IMG/VR virus record: IMGVR_UViG_3300027749_000042
Strand: one strand, 5' to 3'
From: a virus
Length of the DNA stretch: 64,000 nt
This document shows positions 19,346 through 28,788 of this stretch, piece after piece (positions within the stretch are counted from its first letter, which is position 1; each line of letters starts with the position of its first letter). Below the pieces are notes generated by a model. That model had not been told where the DNA came from, searched no databases, and saw nothing but the letters and a program-made list of their open reading frames with translations. Both the position numbers and the translations under genes were made by a program.

Positions 19346-19358
19346 ACTATATAAGTCT

Positions 19359-19820
19359 ATGACATATGAGAATGCGTGGACTTTTAATGGTAAGGAATTT
19401 GACAGTGAGAATATCGGGGATGCGTACGGCTTCGTTTACCTTATCACAACACCAGAGGGTCAGAAGTACATCGGTAGAAAGTACTTCTGGTCTATCAGAA
19501 AAGTTAAGGGTAAGACCCGTCGTCAGCGATCCGAATCTGACTGGAAAAAGTATTATGGCTCCAGTGATTTACTCAAAGCCAAAATCAAAGAATCAGACAG
19601 AAAACTCTTCCGAAGAGAAATTATCTCTTTACATTCGACCAAAGGTCGTGTAAACTATGAAGAAGTAAAAGAGCAATTCGTAAATGGCGTCCTGGAAAGT
19701 GACGACTATATCAATGACAATATCAATGGAAAGTGGCACCGTGGACCAGAACACATCACAAGCAAATCAAGATTCTCTTCCCTCTCATCTGGGCGGGCAT
19801 CTAAACAAAACCCACAATGA
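19359..19820 (+). CDS. denA: GIY-YIG endonuclease, T4 endonuclease II-like
   Basis: GFVY...YIGRK, ESDWKKYYGSS, NDNI. Confidence 0.75.
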   Translation: MTYENAWTFNGKEFDSENIGDAYGFVYLITTPEGQKYIGRKYFWSIRKVKGKTRRQRSESDWKKYYGSSDLLKAKIKESDRKLFRREIISLHSTKGRVNYEEVKEQFVNGVLESDDYINDNINGKWHRGPEHITSKSRFSSLSSGRASKQNPQ

Positions 19821-20319
19821 TCGTGGCACTCTCCTTCATTGTATCGAGAAGTTTCAAATCAAATCATTCCTCGATGTTGGCTGTGGCCCTGGCGGTATGG
19901 TTCGTCTCGCACAAATGCGTAATCTATTCTCATTAGGTATCGACGGCGATTGGGAAGTTCCTAAGGAAAAAGAAGCAAAGATTATCATCCACGATTTCAC
20001 AACTGGTCCTGCGCCATTAGACCGCGAGTTCGATCTTGGTTGGTCTGTCGAGTTTCTTGAGCATGTGGATGAACAATATCAGGATAACTATATGCAAGCT
20101 TTTGCTCGCTGTAAGTATGTTGCATGTACCGCTGCTGGTCCTGGTGCACCTGGGCATCATCATGTGAACTGCCAACTACCTACATATTGGCTTGATGTTT
20201 TTGATAAGTATGGTTTTGATTATGATGACGAGACCACACAGGAAATTCGTCTACACAAGTCTACCATGCAGAAGCCATTCATGCAGCGCACTGGTATGTT
20301 TTTCGCAAGGAGAGCATAA
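19741..20319 (+). CDS. class I SAM-dependent methyltransferase (start uncertain)
   Basis: LDVGCGPG, VEFLEH, GHHHVN. Confidence 0.85.
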   Translation: MDQNTSQANQDSLPSHLGGHLNKTHNDRGTLLHCIEKFQIKSFLDVGCGPGGMVRLAQMRNLFSLGIDGDWEVPKEKEAKIIIHDFTTGPAPLDREFDLGWSVEFLEHVDEQYQDNYMQAFARCKYVACTAAGPGAPGHHHVNCQLPTYWLDVFDKYGFDYDDETTQEIRLHKSTMQKPFMQRTGMFFARRA

Positions 20320-20540
20320 TGATTTCGCAATATTGGAGCACTGATAAAAAGCTTTGTGCTGAAGTCCGTTTGTTTGAAGAACGCAGATTGGGTCCTGATA
20401 CGGCCGCGGCTGCTAACATGTACGCGGTAGATTTCAAGCGCGATGGTGTGCTTGTCGAGACAAGATACTTTCCTGGCAAGAGTGAAGCCTATGCTGATAG
20501 CGCAGCCTATAACTGGACGATTGGTATTCTAAATCTTTAG
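20319..20540 (+). CDS. hypothetical protein
   Basis: GGAG RBS; paralogue of next ORF. Confidence 0.65.
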   Translation: MISQYWSTDKKLCAEVRLFEERRLGPDTAAAANMYAVDFKRDGVLVETRYFPGKSEAYADSAAYNWTIGILNL

Positions 20541-20548
20541 GAGATAAC

Positions 20549-20755
20549 ATGCAAATTTTAACGACACATAGTTGCGATGATGACCACCGTTGCGCTGACG
20601 TTCTCAAATATGAAGATGGCACATTTACAGTTCGGTTTCGTTTATACGAGACTGTAGTTAAGACACAAGATTTTTCAACCGATCAGCAAGAAGCTGAAGC
20701 GGCGGCTAAAGATTGGTCTATAGGTATTATGGTGCGTCCTGATAATTCTATGTAA
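20549..20755 (+). CDS. hypothetical protein
   Basis: GGAG RBS; CADV...AA.DWSIGI. Confidence 0.65.
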   Translation: MQILTTHSCDDDHRCADVLKYEDGTFTVRFRLYETVVKTQDFSTDQQEAEAAAKDWSIGIMVRPDNSM

Positions 20756-20769
20756 TAAAGGATTTAATT

Positions 20770-21501
20770 ATGATTGAACCTATTCGTATTTTCGTAGGCA
20801 CATCTTCTAACAATGAAGATGCTGAGGCTGAAATGGTGTTGGAATATACACTAAAGAAGCACGCCACGCATCCTATCCAGATTACATGGATGCGGCAGAC
20901 GCATGACACCAATTCGCATTGGGGTGGATGGGAAACAGAAAATTGGTCTACCCCTTTCAGTGGTTTTCGTTGGGCAATTCCAGAGGCATGTGGTTATCAT
21001 GGGCGAGCAATTTACATGGATGTGGATCAGCTTAATTTGCGTGATATCGCTGATCTATACGCAACGGATCTTAACGGGCGTCCTATGGCTGCTAGGCGCG
21101 GCGCTCGTTTTGGTGGTCATGAGTTTTGCGTCATTGTTATGGATTGTGAGCAGTTTAATGGTATTCTTACACCTGTGGCGCGAATGAAGCCTAACCCTTC
21201 TGCACATCATAGATATATCAACATGTTCTCGGGCAATGCGGAATATGTAACCGATCTTGATCCACGATGGAATTGTCACGATGGTGACGGATTAGTGCTT
21301 GACAATATCTGGCACTTGCACTATACTAAAATGAGTACACAACCTTGGAAGCCTGCGTGGTTTACTGGCAAAGCTGAGGAACATCCACGGCAAGACCTTG
21401 TGAAGCTTTGGCATGATATGCGAGCCGAAGCAGTTCTTAATGGCTACGCGCCACAGCTTACCAATGAAACATATGGCGACTATAACATCATAGGAAGATA
21501 A
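20770..21501 (+). CDS. GT-A fold glycosyltransferase (GT8-like)
   Basis: TPFS.FR, AIYMDVD, WN, HYT...QPW. Confidence 0.8.
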   Translation: MIEPIRIFVGTSSNNEDAEAEMVLEYTLKKHATHPIQITWMRQTHDTNSHWGGWETENWSTPFSGFRWAIPEACGYHGRAIYMDVDQLNLRDIADLYATDLNGRPMAARRGARFGGHEFCVIVMDCEQFNGILTPVARMKPNPSAHHRYINMFSGNAEYVTDLDPRWNCHDGDGLVLDNIWHLHYTKMSTQPWKPAWFTGKAEEHPRQDLVKLWHDMRAEAVLNGYAPQLTNETYGDYNIIGR

Positions 21502-21502
21502 T

Positions 21503-21733
21503 ATGGCTTTGCGTGAAGATATGGGAGGTGCAATGGAGATATTCAATCACATGTATTTCCTGAAGAAGGAGATTGCGTATCTTACGAGGTACGCTGAAGT
21601 CAATGGGCCTCATGATATGGGTCACATTCATACTACCATCAGCGTTCTTCAAGGCCGCTTTGATGAATGCAAAAAGTTCTCGGATGATTTTATGGCCAGT
21701 TCTCGGCATCTTCTTGATGGGATTACACTATGA
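21503..21733 (+). CDS. hypothetical protein
   Basis: coupled ORF. Confidence 0.6.
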   Translation: MALREDMGGAMEIFNHMYFLKKEIAYLTRYAEVNGPHDMGHIHTTISVLQGRFDECKKFSDDFMASSRHLLDGITL

Positions 21734-22446
21734 AACTATTTGCTTCCTGTGATTCCAAGTACCTTCGCGTACACGCGCCCGCGCTCGTAGCGTCGGCTGC
21801 ATATCATAATAACTCTATCCATATCAATGTGATTGCTCCTGGGCAAGATGATCGTGACATCCTTGATGATATGAGTTCCAAGTATCACAAGATATCTGAA
21901 TGGCCGCATAGTGATTTTAGTTGGTCTATGAGTACCATGTATGCTTGCCCTAAAGATTCAGAAGAACTGCGTACGGTTTATGCTTGCGATAGGTTCCTTA
22001 CCGCAGGTCTCGTTATGCAGAACCACGAATGCGATTTGCTTATCATCGACACCGACTGTTTGGTTATGCAACACATTGAACCAATTCTTGATGATCAGGT
22101 TGGATTGTTTCTTCGTGAGTCATTGCCCGGCACACAGGGTTGGGAAAATGCTGGTAGTCGTGTAGCAGCTGGTGCTGTGTTTATTTCACAAGAGGCTGTA
22201 CCATTCCTTGAGAAGGTTGAAAATCGTATCAGGAAAGGGCCTCTCGCGTGGTTCTTAGATCAGGTAGCTATCAATGAAGCTTATCAGGAAGATATTACTG
22301 ACTATCGTTTTAGGTATTTCGACGCGCAATTTATGGACTGGGAGTTCGTGGAAGGAACTACGATCTGGACTGGTAAAGGACCGCGGAAGTATGAGAACGA
22401 AAAGTACCTTGCCAAGAAAGCTTTCTTCGAAAGGATGATGCGGTGA
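21730..22446 (+). CDS. nucleotide-sugar transferase-like protein
   Basis: DTD motif, AAG, WFLDQ, KG.RK. Confidence 0.6.
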   Translation: MKLFASCDSKYLRVHAPALVASAAYHNNSIHINVIAPGQDDRDILDDMSSKYHKISEWPHSDFSWSMSTMYACPKDSEELRTVYACDRFLTAGLVMQNHECDLLIIDTDCLVMQHIEPILDDQVGLFLRESLPGTQGWENAGSRVAAGAVFISQEAVPFLEKVENRIRKGPLAWFLDQVAINEAYQEDITDYRFRYFDAQFMDWEFVEGTTIWTGKGPRKYENEKYLAKKAFFERMMR

Positions 22447-22649
22447 GATACTTCTGTTACCTGATAACAGGCGGTGAACGAGGCGAAACCTATGAAGTCG
22501 AAACAGTATCAGAGGAACAAATTCTTGATTGGGATTGGCGCGATTGGGTGCGCGAAGAACGTAAAAAAACAAACCCAAAAGAACTAACAAAAGAAAACTG
22601 TATCAATGATTGGGTTATTTTGAATAACGCATGGGAGAGTACGCCTTGA
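22443..22649 (+). CDS. hypothetical protein
   Basis: GTGA overlap. Confidence 0.55.
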   Translation: MRYFCYLITGGERGETYEVETVSEEQILDWDWRDWVREERKKTNPKELTKENCINDWVILNNAWESTP

Positions 22650-23614
22650 GAAAAGTAACAATCCTATTCCCTCGCTTGGATGTTGCGTTCAAGGAAGGTC
22701 CAGTTTCTGAAGGTCGTGGTGAGATTCCACCGATTCGTATTCACTGGCAGAATTTCAAAGATAAGCTGTTGCAGCATCATATGCTTAAGGCTGGTGATAA
22801 GGTTTCAGTTATTGAAAAGCCACTTTGGCAATTTACGACTGAGTTCGTAGAATCACTAGACGCTGATATCGTGTATATTCCACATAAGTCGACCGATACT
22901 TTTCCTGTGAGTGGAAAAGAAGTTCGCTACTATATGCAGAGCGTATTTCCTTTTCAGTTCTATATTGACTCAAAGGGATTTGCTGGTGGTGCATCAAGGT
23001 ATCCATTTGATTTTGACAGAGGCCGTGAGATTCCACCTGGTAGTTTCTATGCTCAGATGCAGGCTCGTGCGCTCGCGGGTGAGAGTAAGTTCGCACAACC
23101 GCCTATGGGTAAAATTACAGTTGAATCTGATGGCCCATATGTTCTGTTTCCATGCCAGATTCCACACGATGAAACAATCAAGTACCATTCCGACATCTCG
23201 GTACTTGATGCATTGATGGCTACATGTGAGGCTACAAAGAAACTAAATATGCCACTGGTGGTAAAAGGGCATCCTGTAAATCCAGGTAGCATGGCACCAC
23301 TATATCAAGCGATTAAGCAATACGATGATGTTCATTGGGTTGATGATGTGTCCATTCACGATTTGATTCCCAAAGCACATGCGGTTGTCGTCGTAAATTC
23401 TGGGACTGGTATGGAAGCAATGCTTCATAAACGCCCAGTGATTACCTTTGGTAGATGTGAGTATGATTGCGTGAGTAACAAAGCTACGGCGGATAATATC
23501 GTTGACGTTCTCAGGTCTCCTGTGTTCAACGAGAAGGAAGTACGAGCATTTTTCGAGTCGTGGTACGAATGGACTTACGACACAAGAAACGGTAATTCTT
23601 TTAACGGGCTATAA
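22631..23614 (+). CDS. KpsS/KpsC-like capsule glycosyltransferase
   Basis: PCQ.PHD, VKGHP, VNSGTGMEA. Confidence 0.75.
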   Translation: MGEYALRKVTILFPRLDVAFKEGPVSEGRGEIPPIRIHWQNFKDKLLQHHMLKAGDKVSVIEKPLWQFTTEFVESLDADIVYIPHKSTDTFPVSGKEVRYYMQSVFPFQFYIDSKGFAGGASRYPFDFDRGREIPPGSFYAQMQARALAGESKFAQPPMGKITVESDGPYVLFPCQIPHDETIKYHSDISVLDALMATCEATKKLNMPLVVKGHPVNPGSMAPLYQAIKQYDDVHWVDDVSIHDLIPKAHAVVVVNSGTGMEAMLHKRPVITFGRCEYDCVSNKATADNIVDVLRSPVFNEKEVRAFFESWYEWTYDTRNGNSFNGL

Positions 23615-23625
23615 GGAGAACGAAT

Positions 23626-23991
23626 ATGTCATACTGGGGTTATCACCTCCTATTGGACTGCGCTGAACTAGACCACGCAGCAATCACAGATGCGGATAAC
23701 ATCTATTATTTCGTCAAGCGTTTGGTCAAAGACATTGATATGGTTGCTTACGGCGAACCACAGATTGTAAACTTTGGCTCAGGCAACAAGGCCGGCTACA
23801 CATTGGTACAGTTAATCGAAACATCAAATATCGTAGCGCATTTTGTGCCAGATGATGGCATGGGTGGTAATGCTATGTACCTTGATGTATTCTCATGTAA
23901 GGAATATGACGATCAGATTGTCATCCAGCTGGTCAAGGAATATTTTGGTGCAAAGTATGTGCGTCCAAACTATCTCACAAGACAGGCGTAA
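23626..23991 (+). CDS. speD: S-adenosylmethionine decarboxylase proenzyme
   Basis: GYHLLLD, LIETSNI.AH, LDVFSC. Confidence 0.8.
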   Translation: MSYWGYHLLLDCAELDHAAITDADNIYYFVKRLVKDIDMVAYGEPQIVNFGSGNKAGYTLVQLIETSNIVAHFVPDDGMGGNAMYLDVFSCKEYDDQIVIQLVKEYFGAKYVRPNYLTRQA

Positions 23992-23996
23992 TTATC

Positions 23997-24025
23997 TTGA
24001 CAACCATTAAAGATTTATATATAAT
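23997..24025 (+). promoter_or_regulatory. sigma70 promoter for tRNA-Gly
   Basis: TTGACA-17-TATAAT. Confidence 0.8.
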
Positions 24026-24036
24026 GCATAGAGAAT

Positions 24037-24111
24037 GCGGGTGTAGTTCAGGGGTAGAACATCAGATTTCCAATCTGAGTGTCGCTGGTTCGATTCCAGT
24101 CACCCGCTCCA
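24037..24111 (+). tRNA. tRNA-Gly(TCC)
   Basis: cloverleaf, tcaga-tt TCC aa-tctga, CCA. Confidence 0.93.
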
Positions 24112-24224
24112 ACTTTCGCGAGTGGCTAGAAATAGCCCTCGTGATTGCTATCTGTAATTGGATGGCATTGAGTGTAGGAATCTTCCTACTATTATATAAT
24201 GTCTTTTTAGACTAAGGAGTAAAT

Positions 24225-24770
24225 ATGAAAAACACAATCACTACCATCTTCGCACTTGCACTAAGCACTTCCGCTTATGCAACTGACGTACCAAGCGGCA
24301 AGGTCGCTCCAAAGGCTCCCGTACCCGTCTTCGTAAGCGCCGACAATTATATCGGTGTTAATGTCGGAGCGAATGTCACTGATGGCGTCAACAGACAAGC
24401 TCCTACAGCTTTCGGCGTTATTGCAGGTCGTAAGGTTCTAGGTTTTGGTCCGATGGGTTTCACAGCAGAAGCCGCATATGATTACACCAAGGGCAATACT
24501 AACATGGTTTCAGGCAATGCGCTTGTATCATATACGTTTGGTCCTTTCTCTCCATACGCTCTTGGTGGTGTTGGCTATCGTTTTGTTGATAGCAAGCTTC
24601 CTGTTCGTGTTGGTGGTCCTAAGAATGAGGCAGTTTGGGCAGCTGGTGGTGGTATTAAGTTTGCGGTCACGTCCGCAATTGAGCTTGATGCTCGGTACCA
24701 TCGCGTAGAAAACTTTGACTACAAGCGTCCCGAAGATCGTATGTCTCTTGGAGTTAATTATAAGTTCTGA
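24225..24770 (+). CDS. Omp25/RopB-like outer-membrane beta-barrel protein
   Basis: signal peptide, A.D.P..KAP, PYALGG.G, terminal NYKF. Confidence 0.85.
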   Translation: MKNTITTIFALALSTSAYATDVPSGKVAPKAPVPVFVSADNYIGVNVGANVTDGVNRQAPTAFGVIAGRKVLGFGPMGFTAEAAYDYTKGNTNMVSGNALVSYTFGPFSPYALGGVGYRFVDSKLPVRVGGPKNEAVWAAGGGIKFAVTSAIELDARYHRVENFDYKRPEDRMSLGVNYKF

Positions 24771-25903
24771 TGATGAAAATATCCCTCACTGCGGATAAGT
24801 TTGGTTATTATGAAGTGGGGGGTAGAACCACATATAGTAAAATGGAAGCCCTTGAATGGGCTTCCACTACTAACATGAAGGCGGAGTGGAATTTTAATCG
24901 CTCCGCCTTTGAGTCTATGGATTGGAAGAAAGAGCCTACTGGTTCTCTTTGGGAAATGTACAAAGAGAGAGCGAGGCAAATCCGTGAAGAATACGATTAT
25001 GTTGTACTATGGTATAGCGGAGGTTCTGATAGTCATAATCTACTTTGGGCATGGTTGGATGCAGGTCTTAAAATAGACGAGATTGCAACAACATGGAATT
25101 ACGGTGCTACTGGCGATAAACAGAATCACTATAACGCAGAAATCACAAATGTGGTTTTGCCAGATATCGCAATGCTGAAAAATGCTGGTTACGAATTCGA
25201 GTTTCGTTTGATTGATATCTCACATTTCTGTATAAAACTTTTTAGTACATGGAATACAGAGTTTGAATATAACGTCAACTTCCATCTCAGTCCAAACAAT
25301 CCTGCAAAACACATATTCCGAAATGAGATTGACGATTATAAAAACATGATCGCTGATGGTAAGAAGTTATGTTTTGTTTGGGGTAAAGAAAAGCCAGTTC
25401 TTCAATATGAGAACGGTAAACATTTCTTCGTGTTTTCCGATAACATTGACAACACGGTTGGTCCATATGTTCAGAAAAAGTATCATCAAGGGTGGTATGA
25501 TGAGCTATTCTATTGGACACCTGATATGCCACAGCTGGCTATCAAGCAAGCGCATGTTCTAAAGAACTATGTGGAATCATGTATTGACGAATCGCAGTTC
25601 GAACCAAAGAGCGACACTAAATTTCAAACAGGTGGCTATTCGAAACGATTCGATGGGTATCTAAAAGATGCATATGTCAAGACAGCTATATATCCAAAAT
25701 GGTCAAATGATATTTTCTGTAATGGTAAAGCTGGATCTATGACATATAGCCAGCGTGATAGATGGTTCATCAAGTCGTCATTGCTCGAAAGACATAAGTT
25801 CATGTCAATAATGGATTCAATATATTCAGGTATCTATAAGAAAGATTTCTACGACAGACATAATTATTATCCATTTTACAGCTCAAGGTATTTTTTAGAA
25901 TGA
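24770..25903 (+). CDS. PP-loop adenine-nucleotide alpha-hydrolase-like protein
   Basis: YSGGSDS. Confidence 0.6.
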   Translation: MMKISLTADKFGYYEVGGRTTYSKMEALEWASTTNMKAEWNFNRSAFESMDWKKEPTGSLWEMYKERARQIREEYDYVVLWYSGGSDSHNLLWAWLDAGLKIDEIATTWNYGATGDKQNHYNAEITNVVLPDIAMLKNAGYEFEFRLIDISHFCIKLFSTWNTEFEYNVNFHLSPNNPAKHIFRNEIDDYKNMIADGKKLCFVWGKEKPVLQYENGKHFFVFSDNIDNTVGPYVQKKYHQGWYDELFYWTPDMPQLAIKQAHVLKNYVESCIDESQFEPKSDTKFQTGGYSKRFDGYLKDAYVKTAIYPKWSNDIFCNGKAGSMTYSQRDRWFIKSSLLERHKFMSIMDSIYSGIYKKDFYDRHNYYPFYSSRYFLE

Positions 25904-26352
25904 ACAAATTTTATGAGACGCACACGCGCACGATAGCGAAGACGCTGACGATCAGAGTTCTATTCACTCTAAGCCATCTCTTGAATGGATTCATCGTTAC
26001 CGGTAGTTTCGTTATTGGAGCGCAGATTGCAGGCGTAGCAGCCATCATCAATATGGTTTTATTTTGGATTCACGACCGTGCGTGGGAATTTGCGGCATTC
26101 AATAGAAAACCAGGTGACACCAAGTTATTTGTTGACGGGCACCCAAGAACTATTAGCAAGAGCATAACGTGGCGGGCACTAATCACAATCAATAATTTTA
26201 TGATTCCATTCATAATGACTGGCTCTTGGCAATCGGCTATAGCGTTCCTAGGAATAGCTACCGTACTAAATATTATCGTATATTATGCTCATGAACGAGT
26301 TTGGAATGGTGTTGTTTGGGGAAAGAGAGAAAAAGATGTCGTTCAGCAATAA
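25900..26352 (+). CDS. tandem DUF2061-like membrane protein
   Basis: two RT..K...R / H(D/E)R.W repeats. Confidence 0.7.
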   Translation: MNKFYETHTRTIAKTLTIRVLFTLSHLLNGFIVTGSFVIGAQIAGVAAIINMVLFWIHDRAWEFAAFNRKPGDTKLFVDGHPRTISKSITWRALITINNFMIPFIMTGSWQSAIAFLGIATVLNIIVYYAHERVWNGVVWGKREKDVVQQ

Positions 26353-27712
26353 AACATTTTGTACGATGCCTTGGTCGTCTATTATGATTTTGCCATCAGG
26401 TGATTTCAAGATTTGTTGTTTCACAGGCCACAAGACATCAGATGGTCGTGATAGCCATGGTGTTGCTATAGATGATGACGGCAATTCAATGAATGTCCTG
26501 ACGCATTCTATCAAAGAAGCAATGAATAGTAAATGGCATAAAGAATTGCGAGTAGCGCAGTCACAAGGCAAGCGCCACGAGATATGCAAGGTGTGTTGGG
26601 ATCGTGATGATGCCGCAGCGACACATGATGAGGCTGCAACATCATTGCGCGTCGTGCGAACCTACTACCAGAATGCTGATAGCGGAACAAATCAATCCCG
26701 TAAACATTTTGGTGGGCATCCTATGACGGGTGCTGTTCTACCTGAGACTGCATCTGATATCATGACCGCTGGTGGTTCGATTGACATGATGCCAATCAGC
26801 TTGGATATGCGCTTTAGCAATCTATGCAATGCTAAATGCATCATGTGTGAACCTCTCTATAGCACACTTTGGTACGGAGATCAAATCGACGTAAATCAAA
26901 AAGATTTTTTTGATGTAGGACCAAAACGATATAACATCATTACCAAAACATCTCCTACCGGCCGCAAGACATATACCGATGACATGCCAAATTGGAATGA
27001 TGACCCTCGTTGGTGGAAACAGTTTGATGAACTAGCACCACATCTTCGTCACGTTTATATCACAGGTGGCGAACCTTTCATCCAGCCTGTCCATGATGTA
27101 TTCATCGAAAAGCTTGTCGAGCGCGGCTTCGCAAAAAACATTATCATCGAATATGATACCAATCTCAGCGTTTTGAATCCAAAGATTTTGAATTATCTCA
27201 CAGAGTTCAAAGATGTTATCATTCGCATCAGTGCCGATGATGTCGGCGAAAGGTATAACCTTGTTCGCTTTCCATTGAAGTTTGATCGCATCACCAAGAA
27301 CATAGAACTACTAAAGGAATATGGGCTCCACGAAAAAATTGTCAATATCACATCATGCATTGGTATTCATACCATTTTTGCTCCACTTACCATTCACAGA
27401 TATTTTAGTGCGCTCGGCTACGATAAGTATGTGTTCCGTATCCTTCGCTCTCCACCACAGGTCGATATCATCAATCTACCTCGAGCGGCCAAAGAAGCCG
27501 TGATAAAAATTTATGAGCAATCGGATCTTCCGCATTCAGACCAAAAGCATGTTGTTGGTTATCTGAAAAACAATCTGGATGCTCTATCAGATGAAAAGGC
27601 GCGAAATCAAATTTCGATTTTCAGACATTATATGAATTCTCTCGATCGGTCGCGTGGCACAGATTGGCGTGCTACAATACCCGAGGTGGACGCACTTATT
27701 GCTAAGTTCTAG
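26336..27712 (+). CDS. radical SAM protein with N-terminal twitch/SPASM-like Cys cluster
   Basis: CNAKCIMC, TGGEP, TN; C..PW...CC...CxxC. Confidence 0.88.
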   Translation: MSFSNKTFCTMPWSSIMILPSGDFKICCFTGHKTSDGRDSHGVAIDDDGNSMNVLTHSIKEAMNSKWHKELRVAQSQGKRHEICKVCWDRDDAAATHDEAATSLRVVRTYYQNADSGTNQSRKHFGGHPMTGAVLPETASDIMTAGGSIDMMPISLDMRFSNLCNAKCIMCEPLYSTLWYGDQIDVNQKDFFDVGPKRYNIITKTSPTGRKTYTDDMPNWNDDPRWWKQFDELAPHLRHVYITGGEPFIQPVHDVFIEKLVERGFAKNIIIEYDTNLSVLNPKILNYLTEFKDVIIRISADDVGERYNLVRFPLKFDRITKNIELLKEYGLHEKIVNITSCIGIHTIFAPLTIHRYFSALGYDKYVFRILRSPPQVDIINLPRAAKEAVIKIYEQSDLPHSDQKHVVGYLKNNLDALSDEKARNQISIFRHYMNSLDRSRGTDWRATIPEVDALIAKF

Positions 27713-27759
27713 TGGTGTGATAATTTAGCAACACCAAATCATCTAGTGGTTAGGGCGCC

Positions 27760-27788
27760 TTGACAATAGGCCCCCTTTCTGGTATTAT
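27760..27788 (+). promoter_or_regulatory. early sigma70 promoter
   Basis: TTGACA-17-TATTAT. Confidence 0.75.
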
Positions 27789-27860
27789 AGGGATATGAGT
27801 TGAGGTTAAGGCATGAGCGTAGCAATAACGAGCGTATCACAGTTTGTTACCATTATTACC

Positions 27861-27889
27861 TTGACAATCAAGCAGAAGCCTAGTAAGAT
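27861..27889 (+). promoter_or_regulatory. early sigma70 promoter
   Basis: TTGACA-17-TAAGAT. Confidence 0.7.
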
Positions 27890-27919
27890 GGTTATATAGT
27901 CAGAAAACGGAGCTAAAGC

Positions 27920-28066
27920 ATGACAATAGAATATATCTTCGAAACCTTTCGTGCGCTTGAGACTGTTGCAGAGCGTGTTACATACTTGCAAGAACTTGCA
28001 ACTCTTTCGCTGCCGTACGATATCAATTATGAAGCGTTAATCCGTGCATGGCTTGCATCAGAATAA
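27920..28066 (+). CDS. small early protein (48 aa)
   Basis: GGAG RBS; MTIEYIFETF...; read manually. Confidence 0.65.
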   Translation: MTIEYIFETFRALETVAERVTYLQELATLSLPYDINYEALIRAWLASE

Positions 28067-28124
28067 ACAAAGATCGTAACATAAACAATTACAAAAATAA
28101 CCGACAAATCGCCGCTAGGTGCCA

Positions 28125-28153
28125 TTGACAATCCAATCCGCTCCTAGTAGAAT
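28125..28153 (+). promoter_or_regulatory. early sigma70 promoter
   Basis: TTGACA-17-TAGAAT. Confidence 0.8.
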
Positions 28154-28183
28154 ATAAAAGTAGGGTGAAATCAGAGGTACATC

Positions 28184-28717
28184 ATGAACTTTAAGCAAGC
28201 AGATCCGGTCGTCAACCTTCTCAAGGCTAATGGCAACCGCTTTACTCCCGCGCAGCTTGACGCCGCGACGGGTTCCGAACGCCGCTCCCGTCGGGCGCTG
28301 TTTCTCGCTCGTCAGATGGGTCTGGCTATCGAGGCAGTTCGTGATGGCGGCCGTGGCGTTACCGCTTACGTCCTTGCGTCTGGCGACCTTAGTGCCATTC
28401 CTGTCGCAGCGCCCAAAGCTGCTAAGGTCAAGGCTCCCAAGGTTGTAAAGACGCAAGCGCCGAAGGCGGTCAAGGACAAGGCGGTCAAGGTTGTCGATAC
28501 CTCTCGTCTGTCCGACGAGGCTAAGGCGGCAGTCAAGGCTAAGAACCTTGAGACCATGAAGGTTGTGTCTGCCAAAAAGCATCCTATCACCAAGCAAGCC
28601 ATGACCAAGACCCAAGAAGAGGTTCTTGAGGAGTTTGCCCGAATGGAATTGGCAGACAAGATCGACCCGCGTGAATATATGCCCGCCTTCCTTCTCAAGG
28701 AATCTTATAGCGAATAG
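28184..28717 (+). CDS. early putative DNA-binding protein (wHTH-like plus K/A/P-rich linker)
   Basis: GAGG RBS; PKAAKVKAPKVVK repeats. Confidence 0.6.
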   Translation: MNFKQADPVVNLLKANGNRFTPAQLDAATGSERRSRRALFLARQMGLAIEAVRDGGRGVTAYVLASGDLSAIPVAAPKAAKVKAPKVVKTQAPKAVKDKAVKVVDTSRLSDEAKAAVKAKNLETMKVVSAKKHPITKQAMTKTQEEVLEEFARMELADKIDPREYMPAFLLKESYSE

Positions 28718-28745
28718 CAGCTTAATTTAAGAGTACCACAGGCCC

Positions 28746-28774
28746 TTGACAATCAAGCCCGTCTGTGGTATCAT
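28746..28774 (+). promoter_or_regulatory. early sigma70 promoter
   Basis: TTGACA-17-TATCAT. Confidence 0.75.
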
Positions 28775-28788
28775 TAAGTTAAGATGAA

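Noticed and set aside
23997-24215. 72-aa ORF spanning tRNA-Gly
   Set aside because: The TTG start is the promoter -35 box; most of it is a tRNA shadow, though a short 3' hydrophobic peptide cannot be excluded
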